A stretch of 64,000 nucleotides of DNA from an uncultured Bacilli bacterium (lineage in GTDB: Bacteria; Bacillota_I; Bacilli_A; RF39; UBA660): the NCBI GenBank assembly GCA_934101345.1, contig CAKOQV010000001.1, forward strand, positions 38,991 to 102,990. The letters run 5' to 3'. A program made the position numbers and the translations under genes. Of the stretch, positions 7,652 to 16,789 are shown piece after piece. Each line of letters begins with the position of its first letter. Position 1 is the stretch's first letter. The notes under the pieces were generated by a model that had not been told where the DNA came from, ran no database searches, and saw only the letters and a list, made by a program, of their open reading frames with translations.

Positions 7652-9859
7652 ATGATGAAAAAGAAATTAATGAAAATGACTAAGATATTTTTAGATTTAA
7701 CTTTAATTTTTTCACAATTATCATCAGTTACTAAAGTATTCGCAGATGAGATAACTAGTAATGATACTGAAATTAAAGATGAAACTAAAGAACTAGTGGT
7801 TAATGGATATTTAATGAATACATTTGATAATTCTATAATAGATGAGACTGAAAATGATGGTGTATTTGAATATAATGTTACCGCTGGTAAATATAGACAG
7901 ATATTAACTATATCTGGCGATAAAATAGATGATACTAAGAGTTATAGTGTCAAAGTAAATGATAATGATAGTGTTGTTATGACTGGCGAGAAACTTAAGA
8001 ATGCTACTATAGAGGGTAGTGAGATAGACTTAACTAATTCATATAATACTATTATAGAATATACTGATAAGATTGTTATTACTGAGGTTAGTGAAGAGAC
8101 TGAAACCGAAGCTTTAACTTTAGAATATAAGGCTAAAATTACTTATGAAGTAGAAGGCAATAGCTTTGATGAGGCTTTAAATGGTCTTTACGAGGAATAT
8201 GTATTTGAAAATGGTAACTTTATAGTTAATGCTAAGGAATTGCCTTTATTACCTACTGTTCCTACTATGGAATACTTATATAGTTTATTAAATGAAAATA
8301 ATGGTATTAAACTTGAAGTATTTGATAAAGATAATAATCTTGTTACATTAGAAGAAGAAACACCTGTAGAAGGAGAAATTTCTAACAATGAAGAAACACC
8401 TGTAGAAGGAGATATTTCCGGTGAGGATACTCCAGTTAGTGAAACTCTTATTAAGAATGGATATACTTTAAAATTTACTAAAGGTTTAAGTGAAGCAATT
8501 TATAAAGTATATGTAATGGGAGATATTACTGATGATAGTATTTTTAGTGCTGATGATATGATGCCTACAATGGAAGGATACCTTAATGGTGAAATGATTC
8601 CTACAATGGACTTATATCTTACTAGTCATGAGACTGAAGGAAAAGATGAATATGAGGAAGATCCATTTGGAACTATTACTATTGAAGATATTATGACTAT
8701 TAATGGATATTTAAATCATTCTGAAAAAGAAAGAGAAAATACTGATTTAAATCTAGTATTTGGTAGTGATACTGATGAATTATATGTTGGCGATACTTTC
8801 AAAGTTAGTCTAGTTGTTAATTCTACAGATTTAGAAGACTATATCAATGGTATTGATGGTTTAGTTACTTATAGTGATAATCTTAAACTAATGAATGTAC
8901 TATTTAATGAGAATTTAATTGGTACTTATAATGAAGATGGTAGATTTGTAGGAGCAGGTACTGAGCTTACAAATGGTACTACTGTTATAACATTTGAATT
9001 TATGGCTATTAATGATGGTGAAGGTACAGTTACTTTAAATGGTAGTGTTGCTAATGATATGATTATTAATGAATTTGAAGAAGTTAGTGTTAGCGTTAAT
9101 ATTACTAGAAAGAGTTCAATTAATAATTTACATTCATTAAATGCTAGTGTTGGTACATTTGATACTGTATTTGATAAAGATGTTACTGTATATACTTTAA
9201 CTGTTCCATATGATACTAAAGAAGTTATATTATCTGGTTCTTTAGAGGATACTTTATCAACAGTAGATGGTTTATTTAAATATGAACTTACTGAAGATAA
9301 GACTACTGCAATTATAACTGTAACTGCTGAAGATGGTAGTACTAAGGTTTATACTGTATATATAATAAAAGAAAAACCGCCAGTAGTTCCTACACCAGTA
9401 GTATACTATTATTCTTCAAATAATTATTTAAAAACACTTGAGGCTAAGGGTTATGAAATTAAATTTGATAGAGATATTTTAGAGTATGAACTAAATGTTA
9501 ATAATGATGTTAAATCTTTAGATATTACTGCTATTGCAGAAGACTCTAGATCTAGAGTGGAAATTACTGGTAATGAAAACTTTAAAACTGGTAAAAACAC
9601 TGTTATTATTTCTGTTAAAGCAGAAAATGGTGATGTTAGAGAGTACAAGTTAATTGTAAATAGAAAGAGCATTACTACTACTACTTTAACTGAAGAAGAA
9701 GAATCTGGTAGCACTGCTGAAAAAGTTGTTATTATAATACTTATAGTACTTGTAGTATTAGGACTTCTATATCTTATCTTTAAAAAAGATGATGATGCTA
9801 CTCCTACTGTTAAACCAGAAAATAAGAAAAATAATACAAAAAATAATAGTAAGAAATAA
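7652..9859 (+). CDS. Large cell-surface protein with a signal peptide, a cohesin-like segment, two cadherin-like beta-sandwich repeats and a C-terminal TM anchor
   Basis: N-terminal signal MMKKKLMKMTKIFLDLTLIFSQLSSVTKVFA. Two segments (about aa 490-580 and 600-680) share the …Y.LTV….K.v.i….ed…V.i…..TA.ITVTAEDGST..Y.V.I… pattern of cadherin-like domains common in Clostridia. A cohesin-like region is DTFKVSLVVNSTDLEDYINGIDGLVTYSDN. The C-terminus has a hydrophobic helix plus a K-rich tail. A tandem 12-aa repeat EETPVEGEIS occurs near 8340-8440. Start is placed at the ATG at 7652 after AAAGGA. Confidence 0.6.
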   Translation: MMKKKLMKMTKIFLDLTLIFSQLSSVTKVFADEITSNDTEIKDETKELVVNGYLMNTFDNSIIDETENDGVFEYNVTAGKYRQILTISGDKIDDTKSYSVKVNDNDSVVMTGEKLKNATIEGSEIDLTNSYNTIIEYTDKIVITEVSEETETEALTLEYKAKITYEVEGNSFDEALNGLYEEYVFENGNFIVNAKELPLLPTVPTMEYLYSLLNENNGIKLEVFDKDNNLVTLEEETPVEGEISNNEETPVEGDISGEDTPVSETLIKNGYTLKFTKGLSEAIYKVYVMGDITDDSIFSADDMMPTMEGYLNGEMIPTMDLYLTSHETEGKDEYEEDPFGTITIEDIMTINGYLNHSEKERENTDLNLVFGSDTDELYVGDTFKVSLVVNSTDLEDYINGIDGLVTYSDNLKLMNVLFNENLIGTYNEDGRFVGAGTELTNGTTVITFEFMAINDGEGTVTLNGSVANDMIINEFEEVSVSVNITRKSSINNLHSLNASVGTFDTVFDKDVTVYTLTVPYDTKEVILSGSLEDTLSTVDGLFKYELTEDKTTAIITVTAEDGSTKVYTVYIIKEKPPVVPTPVVYYYSSNNYLKTLEAKGYEIKFDRDILEYELNVNNDVKSLDITAIAEDSRSRVEITGNENFKTGKNTVIISVKAENGDVREYKLIVNRKSITTTTLTEEEESGSTAEKVVIIILIVLVVLGLLYLIFKKDDDATPTVKPENKKNNTKNNSKK

Positions 9860-9865
9860 ATAAAG

Positions 9866-9900
9866 AAAAAGAAAGAAATATCTTTCTTTTTTTTCTTTTT
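9866..9900 (+). terminator. Rho-independent terminator
   Basis: GAAAGA / aata / TCTTTC extended by A/T pairs, followed by a long T run. Confidence 0.6.
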
Positions 9901-9938
9901 TTTGCTATAATGAAATAGATAATAGGGAGAGTGTCTAT

Positions 9939-10277
9939 ATGAATAGAAAGGGTCAAGCTTTAGTAGAATTTGTTCTTGTATTACCAGTATTTATATTGAT
10001 ATTGTTTGCTATTGTTGATTTTGGTACTATTTTAAGTAAAAAAAATGAACTAGAAAATGATAGTATGGATATTGTTTCACTTGTTAAGAATGGTACTACT
10101 ATAGAGGATATTAATAAGAAATATACTGATTTAGATATAACTATGAAAGAGGATAATCAATATACTAATATAACTATTACTGAGAATGTTAAAGTTATAA
10201 CTCCAGGACTTAATTTGATACTTGGTAATCCATATAAGATTACTGTAGAAAGGATAATACCTAATGCTAACACTTAA
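9939..10277 (+). CDS. tadE: TadE-like pseudopilin (Flp-pilus assembly)
   Basis: N-terminus MNRKGQALVEFVLVLPVFILILFAIVDFG shows the TadE-like G/QALVEF prepilin-type leader followed by a hydrophobic segment. RBS GGGAGAG 7 nt upstream. A TATAAT box at 9906-9911. Confidence 0.7.
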   Translation: MNRKGQALVEFVLVLPVFILILFAIVDFGTILSKKNELENDSMDIVSLVKNGTTIEDINKKYTDLDITMKEDNQYTNITITENVKVITPGLNLILGNPYKITVERIIPNANT

Positions 10278-10653
10278 TAATAAGGGTCAAAGTTTAGTCC
10301 TATTTGTAGTTATTATGCCAATTATATTACTTATGTTTGTACTTGTATATGATATTGGTAATGCTATGTATGAAAAGAATAAACTTTCTAATGTTAGTTA
10401 TATGGTAATAGACTATGCTCTTGATAATATTGATAAAGTAGATGAGAATGATTTAATTGATTTGATAGATAAGAATACTAATAATCTTAGTAGTATGTCT
10501 GTACTTATAGATAATGGTAAGGTTAATGTAACTCTTACTAAAACTATAAAAGGAACTTTCGGTAAAGTATTTAATTTTGATTTAATTGAGGCTAAAAGTG
10601 AATATACTGGTTATATGGATAATGGTAATAAAAGAATAGAGAAGGTAGGTTGA
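10264..10653 (+). CDS. TadE/TadG-like pseudopilin
   Basis: N-terminus MLTLNNKGQSLVLFVVIMPIILLMFVLVYDIG matches the TadE-like domain pattern. Its start overlaps the previous gene, suggesting translational coupling. Confidence 0.6.
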   Translation: MLTLNNKGQSLVLFVVIMPIILLMFVLVYDIGNAMYEKNKLSNVSYMVIDYALDNIDKVDENDLIDLIDKNTNNLSSMSVLIDNGKVNVTLTKTIKGTFGKVFNFDLIEAKSEYTGYMDNGNKRIEKVG

Positions 10654-10657
10654 TACT

Positions 10658-11425
10658 ATGAATGGTAAAATAATAAGTGTATCTTCAGTAAAGGGTGGAG
10701 TTGGTAAGACAACAATACTTCTTAATTTAGCAGGTATTTATTGTGAACTTGGTAAAAGAGTATTAATTATTGATATGGATTTGTTTTCTGGTGGCATAGC
10801 GATATCTCTTGATATTAAGAATACCAAGGATATATTTATGTTAGTGGATAGTATGGCTAATAATAGATTTACAGAACTTAGTAAGTATGTTACTTCTTAT
10901 AATTCTAATATTGATGTATTAGCTGCTCCTAGAGACCCTAGAGAGGCAATGAAAGTTGATAGTAGGTATATTCCTCTTATATTTGATGCTGCTAAAAAGG
11001 AATATGATGTAGTACTTGTGGATACTTCTCATGTACTTAATGATATTAATTTGACTATTCTTGATTATTCTTATATGTCTTTATTTATTGTTACTAATGA
11101 TTTAGTGGATTTAAAGAATATGAAGAGTTTACTTAGTGTCTTCATTGATACTGATAAGAAGAATTATTTAATTTGTTTAAATAGTTCTAGAGATACTGGT
11201 AGGGATTATATGAGTATGTATGATATTAGGGCTACGATAGATAGTAATATTGATTATACTATATCTAGTAATTATTATATAAAGAATATTGATAAGTATG
11301 TTATGAGTGGTGAGATACTTACTTTAAATAAGAAGATTAATACTTTTCATCCTAAAGATGTTGCTAATATGAAGAAAATGGCACTTGATTTGATTGATGA
11401 TAGACATATTAAGGAGGGAAAGTAA
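10658..11425 (+). CDS. cpaE: CpaE/TadZ-like ParA/MinD-family ATPase of the Tad locus
   Basis: Deviant Walker A SSVKGGVGKTT; sits between pseudopilin and cpaF genes as in Tad operons. Confidence 0.7.
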   Translation: MNGKIISVSSVKGGVGKTTILLNLAGIYCELGKRVLIIDMDLFSGGIAISLDIKNTKDIFMLVDSMANNRFTELSKYVTSYNSNIDVLAAPRDPREAMKVDSRYIPLIFDAAKKEYDVVLVDTSHVLNDINLTILDYSYMSLFIVTNDLVDLKNMKSLLSVFIDTDKKNYLICLNSSRDTGRDYMSMYDIRATIDSNIDYTISSNYYIKNIDKYVMSGEILTLNKKINTFHPKDVANMKKMALDLIDDRHIKEGK

Positions 11426-11426
11426 G

Positions 11427-12749
11427 ATGGCTAAGAAGACATTAACTGAGGCTTTTGATGTTAAGCCTAAAGAAACTCCTAAAAATGGTTTAAAAGATTA
11501 TGATATATTTGGTGATAAGGGACTACTTGATAGTCTTAGAACGAAGATAGTTCAGAACTTAATTGAAGAGAATATTCCTGATGATGGTTTACTTGAGGAT
11601 TATATTAATAATGAGATTGATAATACTTTAAGTGGATATGATTTGGGTACTTTAGAGAGAGGACATATTTTTAATTTAATTCAGAATGAAATAATGGGAT
11701 ATGGTCCCATTACTCCTTTGTTACAAGATAATGCTATTACTGAGATAATGGTAAATGCTCCTAATGAGATATATGTTGAAATAGATGGTAAGATAGCTAA
11801 GGATGAAACAGTATCGTTTATTAATGATAAGCATATTATTAGAACTATTCAGAGAATAGTACAACCTCTTGGTAGAACTATTGATGCTGCTAATCCGATG
11901 GTTGATGCTAGACTTAGAGATGGTTCAAGACTTAATGCAGTTATTCCACCACTTAGTTTGAAAGGACCTGTTCTTACAATAAGAAAGTTTAATAAGAAAT
12001 TAGAATCTATTGATGATTTATTAAGAGGTGGTTCTCTTACTGTTAATATGGCAAGATTTCTTGAGGCTGCTGTTCAAGCTAAACTTAATATTATTATATC
12101 TGGTGGTACTGGTACTGGTAAAACAACACTTCTTAATATATTATCTGGATTTCTAGGAGAAGATGAGAGAATTATTACTATTGAGGATGCTGCAGAACTT
12201 AAACTTCATCAGAAACATGTTATTTCGTTAGAGACAAGGCTTATTAATTACGAGGGTGAAGGAGAGGTTACTATTAGAGATTTAGTTAGAAACTCTCTTA
12301 GAATGAGACCAGATCGTATTATAGTAGGTGAAGTAAGAGGTAAAGAGGCTTTTGATATGATGCAGGCTATGAATACTGGTCATGAGGGTTCTCTTACTAC
12401 ATTACATGCTAACAATTCTGTTGATACAATTAATAGACTTGAGACAATGATTTTAATGAATGAGATGGAAATACCAGTGTCCGCAGTTAGAGGATATATT
12501 GCTAATGCTATTGATTTAATTGTTCAAATAGATAGATTATCTGATGGTAAAAGAAAGATTACTTCTATTAGTGAGATAGATGGTATGAAAGATGGAGAGA
12601 TTGTTCTTAAAGAGATATTTTCATTTAAGCAAGTTGGAGTGGCTAATGATGGAAGTGTAATGGGAGAGTTTGGTGTTTATAAGAGAAAACCTAGAGTTTA
12701 TGATAAAATTACAAGAAAAGGTATAGATATTAAAGATATTTTTAACTAA
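11427..12749 (+). CDS. cpaF: CpaF/TadA secretion ATPase (VirB11/GspE superfamily)
   Basis: Walker [16 protein letters not shown], Walker B/Asp box [10 protein letters not shown], His box TLHAN. RBS GGAGGG 8 nt before the ATG at 11427; the track start at 11394 is less likely. Confidence 0.85.
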   Translation: MAKKTLTEAFDVKPKETPKNGLKDYDIFGDKGLLDSLRTKIVQNLIEENIPDDGLLEDYINNEIDNTLSGYDLGTLERGHIFNLIQNEIMGYGPITPLLQDNAITEIMVNAPNEIYVEIDGKIAKDETVSFINDKHIIRTIQRIVQPLGRTIDAANPMVDARLRDGSRLNAVIPPLSLKGPVLTIRKFNKKLESIDDLLRGGSLTVNMARFLEAAVQAKLNIIISGGTGTGKTTLLNILSGFLGEDERIITIEDAAELKLHQKHVISLETRLINYEGEGEVTIRDLVRNSLRMRPDRIIVGEVRGKEAFDMMQAMNTGHEGSLTTLHANNSVDTINRLETMILMNEMEIPVSAVRGYIANAIDLIVQIDRLSDGKRKITSISEIDGMKDGEIVLKEIFSFKQVGVANDGSVMGEFGVYKRKPRVYDKITRKGIDIKDIFN

Positions 12750-12769
12750 AGAAGAAAGGGATGATAATT

Positions 12770-13765
12770 ATGGAAACAATGTTTATTATACAGGGTATTT
12801 TACTTGTTATACTTTTGATAATTATCATTATTTTATTTAGAAATGTACTAGGAGATAAAAAAGCGGCGAGAATTAAGTATTATTCTTTGGAACCAATAAA
12901 AAAAGAAGAATTATCTTTTAGTGATAAATTTGTTAGTGGATATATATCATTTGTAAGCAAGTTTAGGAAAATTGTTAAAAAAAGTAATTATTTTACTAAG
13001 AGAAGTAAGAAGTATGAAAGATATATTAAATATAAAGATAAGGATAGAATACAAACTGTTGATTTTATTACTAATAAGTTTATTATATCGATAGTATTTA
13101 TTATTTTAACTACTATATCACAAATATTTACTACTAATTATTTCTCTTTATTTGGATATATTATTAATTATTTTATTGGGTATTATTTGCTTGATATATT
13201 GTTATTTTTGAATTATAAGAGAAAGACTAGAAATATAGAGAATGATTTACTTAGGGCAATAATTATTATGAATAATTGTTTTAAGGCAGGTAAGAGTACA
13301 CTTCAAGCATTACAGACTGCTAGCGTGGAACTTCCTTATCCTCTTGGAGATGAATTTAAGAAGATGTATTTGGATATGAAATATGGATTATCTGTTGATA
13401 CTGTTTTTGAGAGATTTGCTAGAAGAGTAAAGTTACCTGAAGCTGTTTATGTTTCTACATCTCTTACTGTTCTTAACAAGACTGGTGGTAATATAGTAGA
13501 GGTATTTTCTTCTATTGAGAGAACTTTATTTGATAAGAAGAAGCTAAAGGAAGAAATGAAGAATATTAGTTCTGCTCCTAAGATTGTAGTTATTATACTT
13601 AGTATTGTACCAGTGTTTTTTGTAGGGATAGTTTACTTACTTAATCCAACATACTTTAATCCTTTATTTAGTTCTACTCTTGGGTATATTATAATTGCTA
13701 TTATTGTGATTATGTTTATTATATATTTAATAACTTTATTAAGAACACTAAAGGTGGATGAGTAA
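12770..13765 (+). CDS. tadB: TadB (type II secretion F-domain inner-membrane protein)
   Basis: T2SSF-type pattern (…KAG.S…AL…) with TM helices; position after cpaF. ATG at 12770 after GAAAGGG. Confidence 0.7.
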   Translation: METMFIIQGILLVILLIIIIILFRNVLGDKKAARIKYYSLEPIKKEELSFSDKFVSGYISFVSKFRKIVKKSNYFTKRSKKYERYIKYKDKDRIQTVDFITNKFIISIVFIILTTISQIFTTNYFSLFGYIINYFIGYYLLDILLFLNYKRKTRNIENDLLRAIIIMNNCFKAGKSTLQALQTASVELPYPLGDEFKKMYLDMKYGLSVDTVFERFARRVKLPEAVYVSTSLTVLNKTGGNIVEVFSSIERTLFDKKKLKEEMKNISSAPKIVVIILSIVPVFFVGIVYLLNPTYFNPLFSSTLGYIIIAIIVIMFIIYLITLLRTLKVDE

Positions 13766-14483
13766 TATGAAAAAGAAAATTAAAAAAAAGAATGATAATT
13801 CTTTAAGAAATTTATATGGCAAGAAAGTACTTAATAGAATTGATGAAAAAATTAATTTACTTGGAGTATCTTCAAGAGTTAGTACTTTAACTTTTTTGAA
13901 TATTAGGTTAATTACTATGATAATTTTATCTTTTCTTATATTTATTTCTTTTGATTATGGTTATATTTATATGTTAATTTTTATGATAATATATTATTTT
14001 GCATTTGAAAAAATATTTTTAGATAAGAAGATAAAAAAGAGAAAAGAAAAGCTTAATAGTGAAGCTATATATTTCTTTGAGGTTTTGACTTTGTCACTTC
14101 AGACGGGTAGAAATTTGAATGAGGCTATATCTGTTACTATTAATAGTGTTGATGGAGAATTGTCTTTAGAGTTTAAAGAAGCTTTAAGACAAACTAAGTT
14201 TGGCAAGAGTTTGAATGAGAGTTTAAGTGATATTCAGAGGTTTATACCTTCGGATAGTATTAATAATATTATTTTGTCTCTTACTCAGTCTAATATGTAT
14301 GGTAGTAGTATTATTGATACTATGCATAGTCAGATTGATTATTTGAGACAAAGAAGAATATTAGAAGTTAAAGCTAGAATTAGTAAGGTACCTATTAAGA
14401 TAAGTGTTATATCAGTATTTTTCTTTATACCACTTATATTACTTATTATATTAGGACCGGTAATACTTGGTTATATTAGTTAA
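13758..14483 (+). CDS. tadC: TadC (type II secretion F-domain inner-membrane protein)
   Basis: Second T2SSF-like membrane protein overlapping tadB, as in Tad loci. Confidence 0.65.
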   Translation: MSNMKKKIKKKNDNSLRNLYGKKVLNRIDEKINLLGVSSRVSTLTFLNIRLITMIILSFLIFISFDYGYIYMLIFMIIYYFAFEKIFLDKKIKKRKEKLNSEAIYFFEVLTLSLQTGRNLNEAISVTINSVDGELSLEFKEALRQTKFGKSLNESLSDIQRFIPSDSINNIILSLTQSNMYGSSIIDTMHSQIDYLRQRRILEVKARISKVPIKISVISVFFFIPLILLIILGPVILGYIS

Positions 14484-14500
14484 TATAATTTAAATATATC

Positions 14501-14529
14501 TTGACTGAAAGAAAAAATAATAGTATTAT
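14501..14529 (+). promoter_or_regulatory. Sigma-A-type promoter candidate for yebC
   Basis: TTGACT, 17-nt spacer, TATTAT, about 30 nt upstream of the yebC RBS. Confidence 0.45.
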
Positions 14530-14559
14530 ATTAAAAGAAAATTATGAGGAGGAATATTT

Positions 14560-15279
14560 ATGTCAGGACATAGTAAATGGTCTACGATTAAAAGAAAAAA
14601 AGGGGCAATTGATAGTGAAAGAAGTAAAGTTTTTCAGAAACTTGCTAAAGAACTTTATGTAGCAGCAAAGAGTGGTGATCCTAATCCTGAAAATAATCCG
14701 GGACTAAGAATGGTTATAGAAAAAGCTAAGGGTGAGAATATGCCTAAGGCTAATATTGAATCTGCGATTAATAAAGCTAAGAATGCTGGAACTGGTGAGA
14801 ATTATGAATCTGTTAGATATGAGGGATATGGTCCTTCTGGTGTGGCTATTATGATTGATTGTCTTACTGATAATAAGAATAGAACTGCTGGGTTTGTAAG
14901 GAGTACTTTAACTAAAAGAGGGGGTAATTTAGGTACTGATGGTTCTGTTAGTTATTTGTTTGAAAGAAAAGGTGTTTTAGTACTTGAGAAGGTATATGAT
15001 GAAGATAAACTTATGGAAGATATTCTTTCTTTAGATATACTTGATTTTATTACTGAAGATGATAGTTATGTTATTTATACTGATTCTAATAGTTTTATAG
15101 AGGTTAAAGATGCTTTAACTAATATGGGTTATGATAAATTTATTGTTAGTGAAGTTACTTTTGTACCAAGCAATTATATGGAACTTGATGAAGAAAGTAC
15201 GGAGAAGGTTATTAATTTGATTGATGCTTTGAATGATTTGGATGATGTTCAGGCTGTATATCATAATTTAGATATTTAA
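14560..15279 (+). CDS. yebC: YebC/PmpR-family transcriptional regulator
   Basis: MSGHSKWSTIKRKKGAIDSERSKVFQKLAKEL… is the canonical family N-terminus. RBS GAGGAGG upstream. Confidence 0.9.
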   Translation: MSGHSKWSTIKRKKGAIDSERSKVFQKLAKELYVAAKSGDPNPENNPGLRMVIEKAKGENMPKANIESAINKAKNAGTGENYESVRYEGYGPSGVAIMIDCLTDNKNRTAGFVRSTLTKRGGNLGTDGSVSYLFERKGVLVLEKVYDEDKLMEDILSLDILDFITEDDSYVIYTDSNSFIEVKDALTNMGYDKFIVSEVTFVPSNYMELDEESTEKVINLIDALNDLDDVQAVYHNLDI

Positions 15280-15292
15280 TTTATTTATTATT

Positions 15293-15365
15293 AACACTCT
15301 AAGTCTATGTCTTAGAGTGTTATTTTGAGCCTTAGGTCTCAAAATAATATATCTACTTATTTATT
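15293..15365. repeat. Intergenic structured repeat element, copy B-R (reverse orientation)
   Basis: 15295-15344 is the near-exact reverse complement of 6597-6647, i.e. copy A SL1 and SL2. Its SL1 equivalent is TTTTGAG / ccttaggt / CTCAAAA at 15323-15344, a compensatory variant. The 17-mer end is degenerate. Confidence 0.65.
15295..15326 (+). terminator. yebC terminator; also the SL2 hairpin of repeat copy B-R
   Basis: CACTCTAAG / tctatgt / CTTAGAGTG, then TTATTTTG. Confidence 0.6.
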
Positions 15366-15391
15366 ATATATAAAATGTTTGTATATATTAC

Positions 15392-15474
15392 TGGCTTATA
15401 TATGATAGATGTATTTTAAGACTATAGAGGCTTAAAATAACACAATTAGACTTGAGATAAGGCTAATTGTGAAT
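15392..15474. repeat. Intergenic structured repeat element, copy B-F
   Basis: 17-mer TGGCTTATATATGATAG at 15392-15408. SL1 is TTTTAAG / actatagagg / CTTAAAA. SL2 is CACAATTAG / acttgagataagg / CTAATTGTG. The stems differ from copy A but the pairing is preserved. Confidence 0.7.
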
Positions 15475-15567
15475 AAAATAAAGTGTAGATAATTTTATTA
15501 AAATTATTGATAATAAAACTAAAATATGGTAATATAATAGTAGGTTAATAGATAGAGGTGATAAGAA

Positions 15568-16161
15568 ATGAAATTTAGTAAAATGATTTTTGTTTTGACA
15601 ATTGCCGCTAGTGCTATATTTGTTTTTATGATTGGTAGTTCTTATGCTTATTATACAGCTACGTCTACTGATATTAATGTTACTACTGGTAATACTTCTG
15701 ATGGTGTTTCAGTAATATTTACTGATAATAATTATGTTAATATTACTACAGGTGTACCTATCGATGACAATATGGTTGATAATTATGTTGATGGTAATAA
15801 ATTTTCAATTATTCCTAATGTTAATACTTTAAATGGATATGATGCTTTTATTACTATAGCTTTAATTAATGTTAATATAGATGATAGTTTGAAAATAAAT
15901 TCTTTTAAATATAAACTTATTTGTATTGATGATAATTCTGATGTTGTTAAAAGTACTACTGGTAATGGAACATCACTTGTTAGTGGTACTGATGTAGTTT
16001 TAAGTAAATTTAACACTACTGATAATTCATTCGATATTAATACTAATTATCAATGTACTTTTAAAGTATGGATATCTAATAGTGGAAATAATCAAAATGA
16101 GCTTATGAACAAGAAATTTTCTGCACTATTAAAAGTAAATTCTATAATGAGAAAGCAGTGA
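15568..16161 (+). CDS. TasA/camelysin-like secreted protein with a SipW-cognate-type signal peptide
   Basis: Hydrophobic N-terminus ends in …IGSSYAYYTATSTD, which resembles the …GGGT(W/F)A(A/F)F(N/S)D cleavage-region motif of TasA/CalY. About 190 aa, T/N-rich beta-type composition. RBS GAGGTGA upstream. Confidence 0.5.
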   Translation: MKFSKMIFVLTIAASAIFVFMIGSSYAYYTATSTDINVTTGNTSDGVSVIFTDNNYVNITTGVPIDDNMVDNYVDGNKFSIIPNVNTLNGYDAFITIALINVNIDDSLKINSFKYKLICIDDNSDVVKSTTGNGTSLVSGTDVVLSKFNTTDNSFDINTNYQCTFKVWISNSGNNQNELMNKKFSALLKVNSIMRKQ

Positions 16162-16166
16162 TATTT

Positions 16167-16715
16167 ATGAAAAAAAAGAAGATAATATTATCTATAGCTT
16201 TTGTTTTGTTACTTGTTATAATTGTTTTTGGATGTACTTATGCTTTTTTTGTTAATCGTACTGGTGAAAGAAGTATTACTAATACTTCTGGCAAAACAGA
16301 TATTGTTTATAGTATAACTGAAAATATTACAGGTGTTCATCTTACACCTTCTGATGCCGCTAGTGGAGGACTTAATTCAGTAGCAGTTGCAAGACTTAAT
16401 ACTAATAGCGTACCAACTGCATTTAATATTTATATTACTCCTACTAGTATTGATGGTCTTAATGTTGCTGCTTTAAAGTGGGAAGTTATTGGTACTAATA
16501 ATGATGAAGTTGTATATTCTAATAATGGAGATTTTTCTACTGCTAGTAATGATACTCCAATTACTATTGTAAATAAATATGAACTTAAAAGTACAGATAC
16601 TACATTTAATATTTATATATGGCTTGATGCTAGTTTAATTGATACATCGCTTGATAATAGTAGGTTTGCTGCTAAAATAAGTGCTGATACCGTTCAAATT
16701 ACTGGTAATTATTAA
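16167..16715 (+). CDS. TasA/camelysin-like secreted protein with a SipW-cognate-type signal peptide (paralog of the previous gene)
   Basis: N-terminus MKKKKIILSIAFVLLLVIIVFGCTYAFFVNRTGE. The start is ATG at 16167; the track GTG at 16158 overlaps the upstream stop. Confidence 0.5.
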   Translation: MKKKKIILSIAFVLLLVIIVFGCTYAFFVNRTGERSITNTSGKTDIVYSITENITGVHLTPSDAASGGLNSVAVARLNTNSVPTAFNIYITPTSIDGLNVAALKWEVIGTNNDEVVYSNNGDFSTASNDTPITIVNKYELKSTDTTFNIYIWLDASLIDTSLDNSRFAAKISADTVQITGNY

Positions 16716-16789
16716 AGAAAATAAGTAAACAAGTAGTTTATTTACTTTCTTTTTTTCTTTATGTGTAGTACAATTATAATGGTGATAAT

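Noticed and set aside
8188-8388. Antisense or embedded ORFs of 60-135 aa listed in the six-frame track: 6055-6327, 7125-7307, 8188-8388, 9451-9714, 15783-16016, 17643-17825, 19502-19822, 21585-21788, 25036-25230, 26553-26807, 29477-29755, 32562-32936, 33483-33701, 35297-35704, 36926-37135, 38954-39151, 40924-41175, 41368-41592, 51548-51733, 54410-54628, 55085-55315, 56868-57062, 57279-57521, 57705-57902, 61523-61708, 62019-62207, 62457-62672, 62865-63098, 63089-63304
   Set aside because: Each lies inside or antisense to a gene with strong motif support, has no RBS, and has the low-complexity composition expected from reading AT-rich DNA out of frame. They are treated as spurious.
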